Positions 37,660-55,598 of a DNA stretch of 64,000 nt are shown piece by piece. A model generated the notes under the pieces. That model saw only the letters and a list, made by a program, of their open reading frames with translations. It did no database searches and was not told the origin of the DNA. This DNA is from the human T2T-CHM13v2.0 reference genome, Homo sapiens. Made by a program: the position numbers and the translations under genes. The stretch is from assembly GCF_009914755.1 (NCBI RefSeq), contig NC_060925.1. The stretch is one strand, 5' to 3'. Each line of letters starts with the position of its first letter. Within the stretch, counting starts at the first letter, position 1.

Positions 37660-40190
37660 GAAATCTCTGAGATCTAGAGACCTGAACCACATTACCAACC
37701 AACTTGACCTAGTTGACATAAACCTTCAATCTAACAACAGCAGAAAGCATAATCTTTTCAATAGCACAAGGAACATCACCAAGAAAGTCTATATTCCGAG
37801 TCATTAAACAAACCTTAATATATTTAAAAGGATTGAAATCATATGAAGAATGTTCTGTCACCATAATACAATTAAGCAAGAACACAAAAATAGGAAATGT
37901 TCTGGAAAACTCCATATATTTGGAAATGCAAATAACCGCTGAGTCAAAGAAAATTAAAATAAAAACTGGAAAGTATTTTGAGTTAGAAGAAATTGAAAAT
38001 ACAACATATACAATTTGTGAGATGCAGTTAATGCAATGCACAGAGCACAAATTATAGCTTTAAATAATTAAAATTTTAAAAAGCAATGTGTAAAATTAAT
38101 AAGCTAAGCTTCTACCTTAAATAACTGGAAAAAAGAAGAACATATTAAATCCAAAACAAGTGGAAAGAAAAAAATAACAACAGGGGAAATAAATGAGTTA
38201 AAGATGTAAAAAATTAGAAAAGAATTATTTAAATCAAAAGATAACTCTTTTGAAAAATCATTAATACAGTTACATCTCTATCCAGGCAAAAAAGAGAAGA
38301 CACAAGTTACTAATATCAGGAATGAAAGGGAGGAGATTGTACTATTCATGCAGATTTCATAAATATGATAAAAGTAATAAAACAACTTTATGCTGGTAAG
38401 TTCAGCAACTTAGATTAAAGAAATTTATTAAAAGAAACAACCTAGAGTCACTCAAAAATATATAGATAATCTACATAACCTTATATATCTTTGAAAAACG
38501 TGAATTTATAATTGAAATACCTAACACAATGAAACTATATGTCCAGATGGCTTTATTGTTGAATTCTACTAAATGTATAAGAAGAAATAATGCTAATTCA
38601 TCACAATGTTTTCCAAAACGATAGAAGCGTAAAGAAAATTAAGATGAGTCATAGACTTAAGGGTAATAGATGAAATTATAAACTTTCTAAAGGAAAACAT
38701 AGAAAAATTCGAGTGACTGAGTTAAGCAAAGATTTTTTTAGATAGTACACAAAAAAATAAGAGCCATTAAAATTTGATCTTCAGAAAACACTATTGAGAA
38801 GCAGAAAATGCAGAGCAGGGATGGGGAGAAAATATTTGTAAAACATATATATCTCATAAAGGATTAGTGGCCGAGGAATATTCTTTAAAAAACTCCTATA
38901 TCTCGATAACAGGAAAAACAATTCAATAACAAAAACAGAGCAAAATATTTGAATACACTTTTTATCAAAGAAGATATGTAAGTGGCTCATAAGTTCATGA
39001 AAAGATGCTCATCATCATTAGTCAAATGCTAATTGAAACCACAATGAGGCATTACTACACAACCGCTAGAATGCTTAAAATAATAATAATAAAAAAACCC
39101 TGAAAGTACTGTCTTAGTGCAGGCTGCTACAACAAATAATCAAATACTGGGTGGCTTACAAAATATAGAAATTTATCTCCCAGAGTTCTAGAGACTGGAA
39201 TTTCCAGATCCGAGTAGCAGCCTAGTCAGGTTCTGGTGAGGGTCCTCTTCTTTGCTGCAGACTGCCATCTTCTTGTAGTATCTTCACATAGTGTAATACT
39301 ACGTGAGAGGGGCTCTGGTGGTCCCCTTTATAAGGACACTAATCTTGTTAATGAGGGCTCCACTCTTACGACCTAATTCCCTCCCAAAGGCCCCAGCTCC
39401 TAACACCATCACATTGAAGGTTAGGATTTCAAAATACAAACTTTGGGAAGAGACAAAAATTCAGTCTATTGAAGCACCAAGTGTTGAAGAGGATGTGGAA
39501 CAAAAGGAGCTTTTGTACATCACTGATAAAATTGCAAAACGGTACAGCTATTTTTGAAACAGTTTTGAAAACAGTTTGGTAGTATTTTACAAAGTTAAAC
39601 ATACCTAGTACGTTATTGATTGATTTATTGTAAATGTGAATACATGTAACCTAGTAATCTCATTCCTAGTTATTTACTTAAGAGAAATAAAGACAATTTT
39701 CTTCACAAAGACTTGTATGTGAATATTCTCAGCAGCCTTATTTATAAGAGCCCCAAACTGGGAGCAATCCAAATGTCCTTTGACTGGTGAATTCAGAAAT
39801 AAATTGTGTCATAATCATACAATAGAGTACTTCTCAGCCATAAAAAGATGGGGGAAAAAACGCTATTAATATACTCAACAAAATGGATGACTATCAAGAG
39901 CATTATGCTAAGTGAAATAACTCAGACACAAGACTGCATAATGTATTTCTATACTGCAATGCATATTTTTATTTATATGAAATTATAAAAAAAGACATGT
40001 TATAGTGACAGAAGATTAGTGCTTGCCTGGGGTCATGGATGGGGGAAAGGTTTGAGTGCTAAGTGTGCATGGAAACTTTTGGAGTGATGAAATTGAAATA
40101 TCTTGAATGTGGTGTTGGTTACATGACTGTATCCACTTGTGAAAATTTGATCTTTACATTTAAAATGAATGAATTTGAATTTTATGTATT
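37660..40190 (+). mobile_element. Old L1M (MB/MC) fragments, endonuclease region to 3' UTR
   Basis: aaccaacttgacctagttgacat...; cattatgctaagtgaaataactcagacacaa...; gaatgtggtgttggttacatgactg. Confidence 0.7.
39110..39472 (-). mobile_element. MLT1A-type LTR
   Basis: tgtcttagtgcaggctgctacaac...cctttataaggacactaatc...ggttaggatttcaa. Confidence 0.8.
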
Positions 40191-42447
40191 ATTGCTAGCA
40201 ATTCAAAAGAGTAGTTGGACTCTCAAAGTTAGACAAAGATCCCTTTCTTCTGGGTGAATTCCGCCCGTCTACTTAATAAGCAGATGTGATTATTCAATAT
40301 TTGGGTAGGTGCAAATTAAGATTGATTTACAATAAAAATGTATCTGAAGAAAATTAAAAGGTATTACCTGTGCAATATTTTGAAGAATTTTTCTTCTCCT
40401 TTGTGTTTAGTGAGTGTATGATATTCTACTTTATTGTCATATAATTTATTTAAAATATATCCTGTTGTTATATTTAGTGTAGTATTGTTTGAAATTTACT
40501 TTAAAATATTTTACGTAGCACATCGTATTTGTAAATTAATCTTGAATTTACAACATAGAGACAGCTGTTCACCAAGTCAATCATTCTATTAAGGAATACT
40601 TCCAGCAGCTGTTAGTTAGCATTTTTAAACACCCTATTGAGGAGCTCCCATTCAAGAGGAAGATTAGGAAATGGCAAGAACTTTAAATATTGCTACCTAA
40701 ATCTATACTAGATAATACATTGTTCTGCATCAAAGATGCTTGAAATAATTTTTAATATGTGAAATCACAGGTATATCAAAGTCTGAAGTCTAAAGATATC
40801 TACTCATACTTGTGGGATGCTGTAGGAGAATTAGAGAAGCCCAGGAACCTAACATCCTTCAGAATACTGCCCAAGGCTTAGGATTATTTTAGTTCCATAT
40901 TTTACTATATAACAGGCTCTGTCTTCTAACCTGACCAGAGTTTGACTGACTATCAAGGATACTATATTGTCATATCTGCCTGGAGAGAACCCTTTAAACA
41001 GAGAACATAATAGAAAATTTACATATATTGACTTAAACAAAATATGTGTCCATTTCCTTCCATGAAAAAGATACATTCAGAGAGGGGCAGTTTATAACTT
41101 GTAGGACAGCTTTATGACATTTTTAGGGCTCAGGTTTATGATATTTTATTTTCTGAGAGACTTAACATGTGAATTCCTTCTCATGGTTTAAAAGAGACCA
41201 CTGGTGTTTTGGCCATCACATCCACATTTTAGTTAGGGAGGTAGAGAAGATAAATATTATTCCCCCACCGCCACCACTTTAAAGACATTTTCTGGGGCAT
41301 ATGACATTTTCACTTACATTCCACACTTACAAGACATCTTAGTTACATTCTAGCTGCAAAGGAGCTGGGGAGTATCTTTATTTAGGTTAATCATTTGCCC
41401 ATTAAAAATTGAGGATTTCCTTTACTAAGAAAGATAATAAATGGGACATTTTAGGACCAACTAGAAATCTAAGCCCTGATACATTATAACACAGAGTTAT
41501 TTTAAAAAAGAACTTTAAACAAATGCAAATTAGAATCGAATTTTCTTATCATTGGTAAATGTTATAAACAAAAACTTATAGAAAAGGCCATATTTATTAA
41601 AGATTCTTTATATACCTATCATTCAATATTAAGAACTAGACAAGAATGGTTATTATTTTACTATTAACTCTAATATACCATTGAAAATCCTATGAAATAT
41701 TTGGAGACAAGAAAAACAAGTGAAATATAAAGATTTGAAGAGAAATTAAAATGTTCATTATTATAGGACAGTATCGTCATTTGAAAGTTGTCAAATACAA
41801 GTAGTGGATAAACTATTGGCACTAAAATAATTCAGTAAATTTGTTGGACACTAAATGAACAAACAAAAGTGAAGTGCATTTCTTTATGTAATTAACTATT
41901 AATAGAAAGTAAAATCCAATATGGATATTACAAAAAGTAGCAATACAAACTATAAATTATCTAGAGATTAATTTAATAAATATTTTTTAATCACTATTAA
42001 ATAATTATTGTCATATAAAAATATCTTAAATGGAAAAAATGGTTCACATTTTTGGATGACTGAATTTAATGTTATAAAAAGACTGACTTCCCTAAATTTC
42101 AGGTGACCAGTGTATGTGTGTGCTTGTGTGTAGGTGCTACTTGAAAATGTTAAGCCTAATTTGAAAAAGAAGACATAGTGAGCAAAGTTACTCTGTAAGG
42201 TACAAAGGATACTGCAAAGAAATGGCAATATAAAAAATGGAACGTCAAGCAGTGAAGAGCATCAGGAATCTGTGCTTTATAGTATTCAATGACATCCCAT
42301 TCTGGCGTGGCCAGGGGAAATATAGTGCTACCTAAATTCCTAAAATTTAACTTTATTCATAGAAAAATATTCTAAAGGAAATACTGAACTTTCAGAAGAA
42401 AAAACCTGAGATAATTTTGGAGTTGAATTTGTGGGTAAAATAGCAAA

Positions 42448-43513
42448 TTTTTTTTCTTTTTTTTTTATTATACTTTAAGTTTTAGGGTACATATGCATAA
42501 CGTGCAGGTTAGTTACATATGTATACATATGCCATGTTGGTGTGCTGCACCCATTAACTCCATTAACTCGTCATTTAACATTAGGTATATGTCCTAATGC
42601 TATCCTCCCCCTGCCCCCCACCCCACAACAGGCCCCAGTGTGTGATGTTCCCCTTACTGTGTCCATGTGTTCTCATTGTTCAATTCCCACCTATGAGTGA
42701 GAACGTGCAGTGTTTGGTTTTCTGTTCTTGCAATAGTTTCCTGAGAATGATGGTTTCCAGCTTCATCCATGTCCCTACAAGGGACATGAACTCATCATTT
42801 TTTATGGCTGCATGGTATTCCATGGTGTATATGTGCCACATTTTCTTAATCCAGTCTATCATTGTTGGACATTTGGCTTGGTTCCAAGTCTTTGCTATTC
42901 TGAATAGTGCCACAATAAACACACGTGTGCATGTGTCTTTATAGCAGCATGATTTATAATCCTTTGGATATATACCCAGTAATGGGATGGCTGGGTCAAA
43001 TGGCATTTCTAGTTCTAGATCCCTGAGGAATCGCCACACTGACTTCCACAAGTTTACAGTCCCACCAACAGTGTAAAATGTTCCTATTTCTCCACATCCT
43101 CTCCAGCACCTGTTGTTTCCTGACTTTTTAATGATTACCATTCTAACTGGTGTGAGATGGTATCTCACTGTGGTTTGGATTGGCATTTCTCTGATGGCCA
43201 GTGATCATGAGCATTTTTTCATGTGTCTTTTGGCTGCATAAACGTCTTCTTTTGAGAAGTGTCTGTTCATATACTTCACCCACTTGTTGATGGGGTTTTT
43301 TTTGTTGTAAATTTGTTTGAGTTCATTGTCGATTCTGGATATTAGCCCTTTGTCAGATGAGTAGATTACAAAAATTTTCTCCCATTCTGTATGTTGCATG
43401 TTCAGTCTGACAGTAGTTTCTTTTGCTGTGCAGAAGCTCTTCAGTTTAATTAGATCCCATTTGTCAATTTTGGCTTTTGTTGCCATTGCTTTTGGTGTTT
43501 TAGACATGAAGTC

Positions 43514-43514
<1 letters not shown>
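42448..43514 (-). mobile_element. L1PA 3' end with its own poly(A), inverted arm
   Basis: T tail at 42448-42466, antisense 3' UTR and ORF2 C-terminus. Confidence 0.95.
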
Positions 43515-45866
<2,352 letters not shown>

Positions 45867-45959
45867 AAGAATTTTCAAATGAAAAACAAAGAAACAAAAA
45901 ACACCCACCATATCAAATATTAAAACTGACAAGTGTTCTAATATTTATATATTGGAATC

Positions 45960-46910
45960 ATTGCAAATAATCAAATTTCATATTAAAATAAGTATTTTTA
46001 TTAAAAATCTATTTTCTAAAAACAGAAAATATTGAGAAGAGATGCATTATTTTACACTTTTTTGAATCTGTTATAATATCTGGCTGAACAGAAGAAAGTT
46101 GGATTCCCTATTTGCTTCTGCATTCAATTTTTGAAATATGCTGTTTTAGTTGAAGTAAAGAAAATCCAGACTTCCACAGATGGGTAATTTGAAAGGGGAG
46201 GAGAATTTTAATAGTCTTTTTATATAGTTGTGGATATTTTTCTTTGATACTACACCATGATCTGAAAAATGATAAAGTTTTTCAAAGGATATTTTCCATG
46301 AGCATTCTGAAAACTTGTCAGTGAACTTTCTGTACTGCTACATTAAAATCCATCGGTCTATCTTGCACACTGAATGGATCTTTCTCCTATGTATAATTTT
46401 GTAAACATTATTAATTGGTCATTTGGAAAATATTGGTTCACTGTGTTATGTAGATCTTCCAAATGTTGATATATTTCTTTATACAGTATAAAAATCACAT
46501 TAGTTAATATCACCAATTTTCCCAGAAAAGCCTTTAAATATTGAGACGCTATCAAGCTCACAGTACTAGATACAGGTTCTCTAAAAATCTAATTTTCACT
46601 TGATCCATTGCCAATTTTATCATTGGCAACGAATACTATTAGTTATTAGCCTTGAATAGACAGGCTCACTTTATTCATTTTTGAGAAATATAGTTTGTCA
46701 GTCACTCTTTCAAATAAAAATGGTGATTTATGAAAGATAAAAATAAACTAGTTCAGCACACCACTCAATCACCCAAGTGTTTTTCCACAACCGCTGTATT
46801 TCAGTATGTAACAGAAGTGTCTTATGAACACTTACTATTTGGGCACAAAAATCATTAAAAAGAGGTATACTTAAGAATCAAGAGGTAATAAAATTAATAA
46901 TTTTTACTAC
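45960..46910. mobile_element. Charlie1-like hAT DNA transposon fragment
   Basis: gagaagagatgcattattttacac...tgcttctgcattcaat...ttttctttgatactacacc matches recalled Charlie1. Confidence 0.65.
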
Positions 46911-46924
46911 AAAAAAATTTGAAA

Positions 46925-47174
46925 AAATTGCATGTGTAATAAATATGTACAGACTTTTTCTTGTCATCATTCTTTAAACAATTAGGTATAACAACTATTG
47001 ACATAGTATTAAATATTATAAGTAATCTAGAGATAATTTAAAGTATACAGGAGTATGTGCATAGGTTTTATGCAACTACCATGCCATTTTATATTAGGTA
47101 CCTGAGCATTCACAAATGTTGGTATCTGTAAGAGTTCTGGAACCAATCCCTATGGATACAGAGGGATGTCTGTA
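46925..47174. mobile_element. MER2 (Tigger MITE)
   Basis: ttataagtaatctagagataatttaaagtatacaggag...ggaaccaatccctatggatacagagggatgtctgta. Confidence 0.75.
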
Positions 47175-47233
47175 ACAGAAAAATATGTAATAAAGGATGT
47201 TAGAGTCCCTTAGTTTCAAGGTACATAATTAGC

Positions 47234-48205
47234 TGTTGGGAGATAATTGTCCATGTGTCTCACTTTTCTGCTCATTGTGGGAGCACTCTGGAACCTTTGT
47301 TTCAGAATATTTTTTCCTTAGTGTTTCTGTGGTGACAGAGAGAGATAATTGTCTTTTTCTTTGAGGTGTGCTTATTGTCCATATAAAAGTTTCAACTTCC
47401 CTATGTCAAAGCAGATTTGTGCTAGACAATGTTAAATGGCCAAGCAAAATTGTATTTAAGTGCATTTCAATAGAGAAGCAAGACCAAAACTTGGTATGAA
47501 CTAGGCAACTTCATCTAAACAAGGGGCAAGATGGTTTTTAAAGGTTGAGGTAAGCTAGTAGAGAAGTATATCACAGAGAAGTAATATCAAAAGGGAAAAT
47601 AAGGCTTTGATATCTTTGTGACAGGAAGTAGAAGTTTTGTGACTTTAGTGAGGCATCCACTGAAGTTAGGCTTCTACTCTCCCATAGAAAGTGGGAGATA
47701 AGGGTACTGTCTTGTTTGAAGATTACATTTCAAAGAGATGGCTCTCAGGTCCTTAAGAAAAATATTTCTGGATTCTAAAATTAACAAAGGCTTTTAAAAA
47801 GATTTATATCACGGGGGGGCAGAGAAATAATTTACAATTACAAGTTTTCTAAAGTAAACCTTTTAAGAAAAAGGAGGGCAGGTGCCTGGAGTCAGGAAAA
47901 AGCCTGTCTAAAGTTCAGTCAAGCCTAAGGAAACATTAAGGCTGTTGTAGTCACTAAGCTCTGGGTTCCTGTCCTGTAATATACATCACTATATGTGCAG
48001 ATGTTCCAGCCCTCTTCACATTTTTCTCTGGGAACTGATGCTCAGCACAAATTTTGATAGTCTGGCTACCACTATTACTGTGAGTAATAAGCTGTCGTCT
48101 GTCTTGAACCCAGGAGTCTTCTACTGGCATCCATGAAATTGAAGCAGACCTAACTTTGTAGGCTTGCAACAAGTGCAAAATCTCAGACTCTTTAAAGTTC
48201 TTCAA
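47234..48205 (+). mobile_element. LTR40-like ERVL LTR split by a MER31-like LTR (47404-47953, -)
   Basis: tgttgggagataattgtccatg...gtgagtaataag...aaaatctcagac; inner gattacatttcaaagagatggctctcaggtcctt...gttcagtcaagc. Confidence 0.6.
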
Positions 48206-48679
48206 ATTTGATTGTGTAAGTAAAAGTGAAGATTTTTGAAAGTTTTGTGGGCAGTTCATGTACATGAAGAAAGAACTCAGTAGCCAGGCCTTGTGAGGGA
48301 AACAGAACAACTCAACAACTCCAGAGTATCTTAGCTGTAGCATCTTGTTAGTCATCTACTTAGGGAATTATCACTGGATGATTTCCAGCCCTCTGTGTCT
48401 CTACTCAAGATTTTAAATCCTGGGTAAGAGAAAAGGATTTGCTCTGCTGGGGTCACAAGTCCAAACTTGTGGTCAAAATAATGATTTCCTGTAATTTGTT
48501 TCCCCAGTTGGTTTTCATGGAGTCAGGAAAAGAATGTTCCCTGAAAGAGGGATACTGACATAATGAAAATAGTAGATCTCCATTAAATTGTACTGCTGGG
48601 CTTTACAGCAATGTCCACGTGTTTGAATACACAGACATATCTCTTCCTTTATATAGTTCCCAAAATGTCCATTCTTAAT

Positions 48680-49195
48680 CTAATAAAATATTATTAAATA
48701 AACACCTACTGTGTGTTAGCCACTTTTCTAGTCAAGGGATACATTAGTGAACAAAGGCACAGAATCCTGCCTTTAAGGAGTTTATATTCTAGTGCACAGA
48801 AAGAAAAAATTAAACAGGACAAATCAGTAAATTATGTCATATATTAGAGGTAATATGTACTATAGAAAAAAAGTGGATTGAGGTAAAAGAGTAGAGGTGT
48901 TAGGAGTGATGATTTTAAATAGGGTATTCAGGAAGGCTTCATTAAGAAGGGGACATTTAAGCCAAGACATGAAAGAGGTGAGCAAGTTAGCAGTTGCACA
49001 CATAACTGGGAAAGAATACTCAGTTCAAAGGCTTGAAGCCTAGAGCATGCCTGGGGTTTTAGGGAGTCCGAGGAGACTGTGGTTCTAATGGAGAGATGGA
49101 GGGAGAGAGGAGGAGCAGATGGATTCAGAGAGTTATCTGTGGGGATAAAGGTGGCAGCAGAGTGACCAGCTAGGAGGCAGTTGCAGTAATCTATG
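48680..49195 (-). mobile_element. L2 3' fragment
   Basis: cacctactgtgtgttagc...cctgcctttaaggagtttatattctag...ggaaggcttcattaagaaggggacattt. Confidence 0.65.
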
Positions 49196-51099
49196 ATACT
49201 CCAAAGTTAGGAAAAAGATGTGAATAGAGAATGACTCTTGGATTAAGCATCATAAAATAAAATGAAATGTATTCACTGCTCCTAAAAGGAGACTACCTAA
49301 AGTCACAAATTAGCCATAGGAAGGACCTCTGGCTGATGTTCATGTGCTTTAGTCCTGTCATAGTACCATCTCAGAATTACACAGTCTTTGGACTAGGTGG
49401 AAAATTTAAGTACCACCATCATACTGTTAAATAACATGAATTTTTGAAGAAATTTAAAGAGAAAAATTTTAAAAACTGGAAATACCATTAGGGGTTATAA
49501 TCCTCAGTTCTTCCATGGATTATGGTGATATAATTGCTGTTTACTTACGCTTAATCTACTCATTTGCTCTTGCCATTTTTTTAACTTCATTTAGCTTAGT
49601 AGTTGATTGGCATTTGGTGTAAATATTTATTCCAGACAACTCAGACTTCTTGGAGAAACTGCCTTGATGAGATTGTGGGTGTCTTCTTTTATCTCTAGGC
49701 AGGGTAGTGCAGTAAGGCCTACAAAAAGATTCTCAACATTCTATGTCTTCTTCTCATCTTAATAATATAATTGTAACCTAATTTCTATCTGATGCTCAGA
49801 TAAGCCACCCTAAGTGACACCATATTCCTTTATTTTCTTGGTTGTTCAATAGCTTCGGAAACCTGAAATGACCAGTGGTCTCATTGATCCAATGACTGCT
49901 TTTGAGGAAGTGCTCTTTCTTTGGGCTCCAAATTCTGTAGGCCAATAAAGAATTGGGTTAGGGCAGAGAGAAATGGTTGAGAAGAAAATATTTTGAGTAA
50001 AATTAGACATTGATGGTTGAGAGTTGAACCCTCTACCTCACTCCTAGGGTTCCCAGAAGCCCACCATATATCAATTACTGTTTCATATTAAATGTTTCTT
50101 CCACAATTGATGGCATACTTCGGTTTCGAGATGTTTTATTGAAGTTAACAACATACTGAGTTCTCAATAGGTCATTTCAGCAAATGTAAGACAGAGTTGC
50201 ACCAAACTGAAGAAAATACAAAATATCAGGGTTAATAAGTATTGTTGTCATCTAGCAGTGAGCAGTAGCCAGGTGAGCTTTTATGAGGCAAATAAATCTT
50301 GCCGAGTATATAGATAGCTTTCCCCACTGCCAACATAGCCTTTGTCCATCGTCCCATTAATCCACACTAGGTAGTCTGCGAAGAATGATGACTGATGATC
50401 TGAAAGTAGGTTACCGCATCTACTGGATTATTAAGATTGTTTGTGTTTTGGGGTCTTACTGATGAACATTTATATAGATACAATCATATTCAAGGATTAT
50501 CCTTAGAGGTTTTTCTATCTATTTCTTCCCCCAAATATCCTTTTTCCATTGGTCTGACTTTTGTCCTAGGTTTGTCAGAATATGGCAAGACTAAAGCAAC
50601 TTTCCAGGATTTGTTGTAAACCTCATCCTTGGATGTCTCTTCACACAGATAAAGTGAGAAAACACATGTTCTGCCTGGAGGGCTGCCCCCTGATGGTTCA
50701 GGTCCATCTCTGACTGACCACAGAGTCTACTTCTTCTTGGTATTGCTATATCAAGCAGAACTAGCTGGAAACCAGGCTTCGGAGTTTTCGTGCCGAGTCA
50801 TACGTTCATGGAAAAACTCCCTTAAATGCCATAGTTTCAGACTGAAAGAAGAGTAGGAGTATGATTTTTTAAAAATATGCGTTCTGGGATTGGAAACTAT
50901 ATGTACATATCATATACTTGTGTATTTGGGTATTTTTTTTTTTTTACCTCAGTCACATATATACTTCTTCCAATTCATTAAAAGTTGCTGATTATACCCA
51001 GTTTTGTCGTTATACATGTCAAATATCTGATAATGTTGTCTGGTCACTTAGTTTCTACCCAGGACCAGTAAGTAGTAAGCCAGAAACTTTTTAAAAACA

Positions 51100-51438
51100 T
51101 TTTTAAAATTTTTATTTCAGTAGTTTTTGGGGAACAGGTGGTGTTTGGTTACATGATTAAGTTCTTCAGTGGTGATTTCTGAGATTTTGGTGCACCCATC
51201 ACAGGAGCAGCGTACACTGTACCCAGTGTGTAGTCTTTCATACCTTCCCTTCCAGTCCCAAAAGTCCATTGTATCATTATGCCTTTGCATCCTCATAGCT
51301 TAACTCCCACTGGTATGTGAGAACATGTGATGTTTGGTTTTCCATTCCTGAGTTACTTTACTTAGAATAATGGTCTCCAACTCCATCCAGGTTGCTGCAA
51401 ATACCATTATTTTCTTTCTTTTTATGGCTAAGTAGTAT
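51100..51438 (-). mobile_element. L1PB 3' end
   Basis: gtttttggggaacaggtggtgtttggttacatg...gagattttggtgcacccatcac; TSD-like cagaa(a/g)cttttt. Confidence 0.85.
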
Positions 51439-51946
51439 CAGAAGCTTTTTCTTAAATAAAAATAAATACTTGCTAAAAGAGCCAGAATTTTAATCTGACA
51501 TCAGTATTGTAGTATGAAAAATATTTTTCTTTATTATTCAGTTTCTTTTAGTTCTTTATTAGTTGCAAAAATAATTAACTATATAATACAAAGGGAATAA
51601 TTTTAAAAAAATAAGCAAATTTAGTTTTTAAATAATAAAAAACTCAAAAGAACCATTTACATTTTGAACTTTTTGTTAAAACACCTATATTTATAATAAA
51701 ATATTAATTATTTAACATTTATATTAATGTATGATTTTAGAAAAACAATGGGCAAAAAAATAAAAAATCTTACAATCTCTTCTTTCAAGAGAGCTTTTCT
51801 TTCTCCACGATAAAAATGTGATATTCACATCATTAAAAGTGAAAGAAAACTATGACTTCCTCTTTTGAGACATGAAATAGGTACTTTCCTAGGTTACTTA
51901 ATGGAGACAGCAAACATAAATTGTTTTCCTTAAAATTAACACTCTA

Positions 51947-52214
<268 letters not shown>

Positions 52215-53934
52215 CTAGTTAAATGTAACATTTTATGGAACACTTCAAGTAATCTTCCTTTTCAAGCTTACATTTTCATTGTTTATTACTGAAAAGATAA
52301 CAGCTGCTATGGAATACCCTGCTAGAGGAAGTATACTGTCAGTCCTAATTTCAAATTTTTTTTCTTTAATTTTTCCATTTTTCTAGTGAGAAAACCACCT
52401 TCAAATCACCAGAAGCAATTTTCACAGGTAGGTAGACACACTTGAAAAGGTATATAGGGGAGACCCTAAAGTTGCAAGTGTATATTTGCCTTACAAGTGA
52501 TTTGTCCCATTGTTTTGGGGAAGAAAAAGGGTAATTAGATCTTTCAACTTTTTTCTTGTACATATTTAGTGGATACAGTGTAATGTTTTGATACATGTAC
52601 ACATAATGTTATGATCAGATTGTCTTCTGAGTGTTTGAAAGGAGCAGCTCTTGTGTAGTAGACACTTATCCCCATGGAGAAAAGAGTGATGGAAACTTGG
52701 GGTCTGAAGTGCTTACACAACAGAACAAATTCTGACTCAGTGTTCCTGAGGAAAGCTGGTGGTTCATACAGAATTGTGAATGGGAATTAAAGGGGGGCAT
52801 AGTTGAAACCTGGAGAGAACAAGTGTGAGAGAGTCTTAATTTACCTGGGAGAAATTAATATCCCTCAAAGAACCATGCCTGTTGGGAAGCCCATTGTGAT
52901 GAGTGAGAAAACCAGCACTGCCTGTCAGCCATGTAGGAACAATCCTACTGATGATACTGTGGATGGCAGGGGGGACAGCAGCACATAGTGAACCAGCTGT
53001 CTCTTGTCTTTGGTATGGAAACCACTCTGATTCCCCTTTTAAATGTGTAAATCCACAGGGTTTCCAAAAAATTCAGGATAGAACGCCTCGAGAAGGAAAT
53101 AGTGAATTTCTTGCTAACAAGGCATCTGGGGGGTTGAGGAATAACTTGGACAAACAAGAGTTGTAACTGCATACACATCTTTCTTAAATTGTAGAACAGT
53201 TTATAAAATCATATGGACTTAGTTTTAAATGAAAACTAATAAACCATACACCCACAATATCAGCACACTTCCTTTTGCATGTTACATTTCTATTCTCATC
53301 TATAGAAAGATACTTTTTTACATAGTTAAAAATAAACAATAGAATCCTCACATCTGCCCAACAGGACCAGGTAATTGGTTGATTAATCCAAAGTCCGACA
53401 GAGTTGAAAATAAAAAAGATGACTCATATACTAAAATGTTTTATTTTAACTCGAACCACTTAAAATGCATATATTTGTGAGTATATTCATGTAAGGATAA
53501 AGCTTTTACTTTGAGTGTTAGACTACTTGATCAGAGTTCTTCAGAGTACCTCTAGCATAAGCCCACTCATAATGCATTACATTCATTTTGGTGAATTTAA
53601 ATATAAGCAGCAACTTAGAGACACTTGCAAATCCAAATGAATAAGACTTCTAGAATTTTTGATTTTATTTTCTTCCTCATATTTAGTCTTTCCAAAATAC
53701 TCACCTGGCTGTATTAAAAACAGATGATTTTTTTGCAATCATACTTTATTAGTTTACATAGTACAAAATTACATTTTCCAAGTAGAATAAATAGAATAAT
53801 AAATACAACTGTTAGAAGTGGTTTTGAGCACAACCCCCAACCCCCACCCCAACTTGTAGGGGCAGAAATATGCAGGCACAATGGAAAGTAATCTGTTAAA
53901 CATTAAGTGTTCATTGTGCCATGAAAATCAGTCA

Positions 53935-54321
<387 letters not shown>

Positions 54322-55598
54322 TCAGCTTTTCATTTGTGAGATGTAACATAATTTTAACAAATCAGCACATTTTAATTCTAGTATGGATTAGTCTCTGGGC
54401 AGAACAAGGATCTCATTAACAGTAATTGACTTCCTCAACTAGAATCCAAGCACTGTGAGAATGAGATAGTTCACATATTTACTCAAAAAGAAATCTTAGT
54501 TGTCCAGATGAAAAAATTCAAGGCTTATCGGTTTTAATATTTTAAATAACATTTCTTAAACTATGTAGCTTGAAAATGATAGTTTAGATTTAAAATCAAT
54601 CCTGATCAGTGTTTATAATTCAAATTATATTATTGTAATCAATAAAATGTTAGGTTCTTATAAATATTACACTATGATCATCATAGAGATTATGGCCATT
54701 TTTGCCTCTTCAGAGCACTGTGTTCTATTTGATCATCAAGCATGAGGATGTCATTATTGTTTATTTTTAGTCTATTATTAAATAAAATTACATGATCTGA
54801 AAGACTTAAACATATAGCTAAGTGAAAACAAAACAAGAACTATAAATAAAAATAATGTTTAACTTATGATTAACATAATAAAAATCTAGAATTATCAACA
54901 ATTCTGATAATATCGACTAACATTTTTGTCACTGTAAAACCCAGTTTCTTAGTATTAATATCTTGTTCTCCATTTAAGGCCCAGTTTAAATTTTCTCTCC
55001 CTTCTTTTCATCCCACTTATTCTAAATCTTTTTCTCTTTCAGATGGAATAAATACTCATTCCTTTGATTCTCATAACTTTTATTTATATTCTTTTAACTG
55101 ATCTGATTATCTTGCATTATCATATTTTTTTCAGTGTTCATCTTTTCACCTAACCAGTCCCAACCACCATAAACTATACATTTGTTCATTTTAATTTTTC
55201 CTCTTTGAATGGGACTTGGTACACAGATGAATGTATTACTAGATGAATGCCTGTGTCCCGGATAAAAATGCTTCCAGCCACTTCAGACTCTGTTCTGTCT
55301 CTCCAACTGGAAAAGCAATTCTTGTCCTTATATTTGTTTTGGTTGTGTCTTTCCTTGAAAAACTCTCATGCTTTTCTCTTTTTGCCAAGTGTGAATTCTT
55401 TTTTTTTAACTAGACATCGGACAATATAGAGTGTAGATTGACTTGCATTTTTTTTCTTTTTGGAATAGGAGAAAATAAAAAGGCAAGAGTAGTCTTAATC
55501 CTTGGAAACACTGTCTGAGACATGCATTAAAGGTCAGAAAATTTTATGCCTTTGATTTCTTCTGTGACTATCCTAGTTAATTTTATTATTATTTTTTG

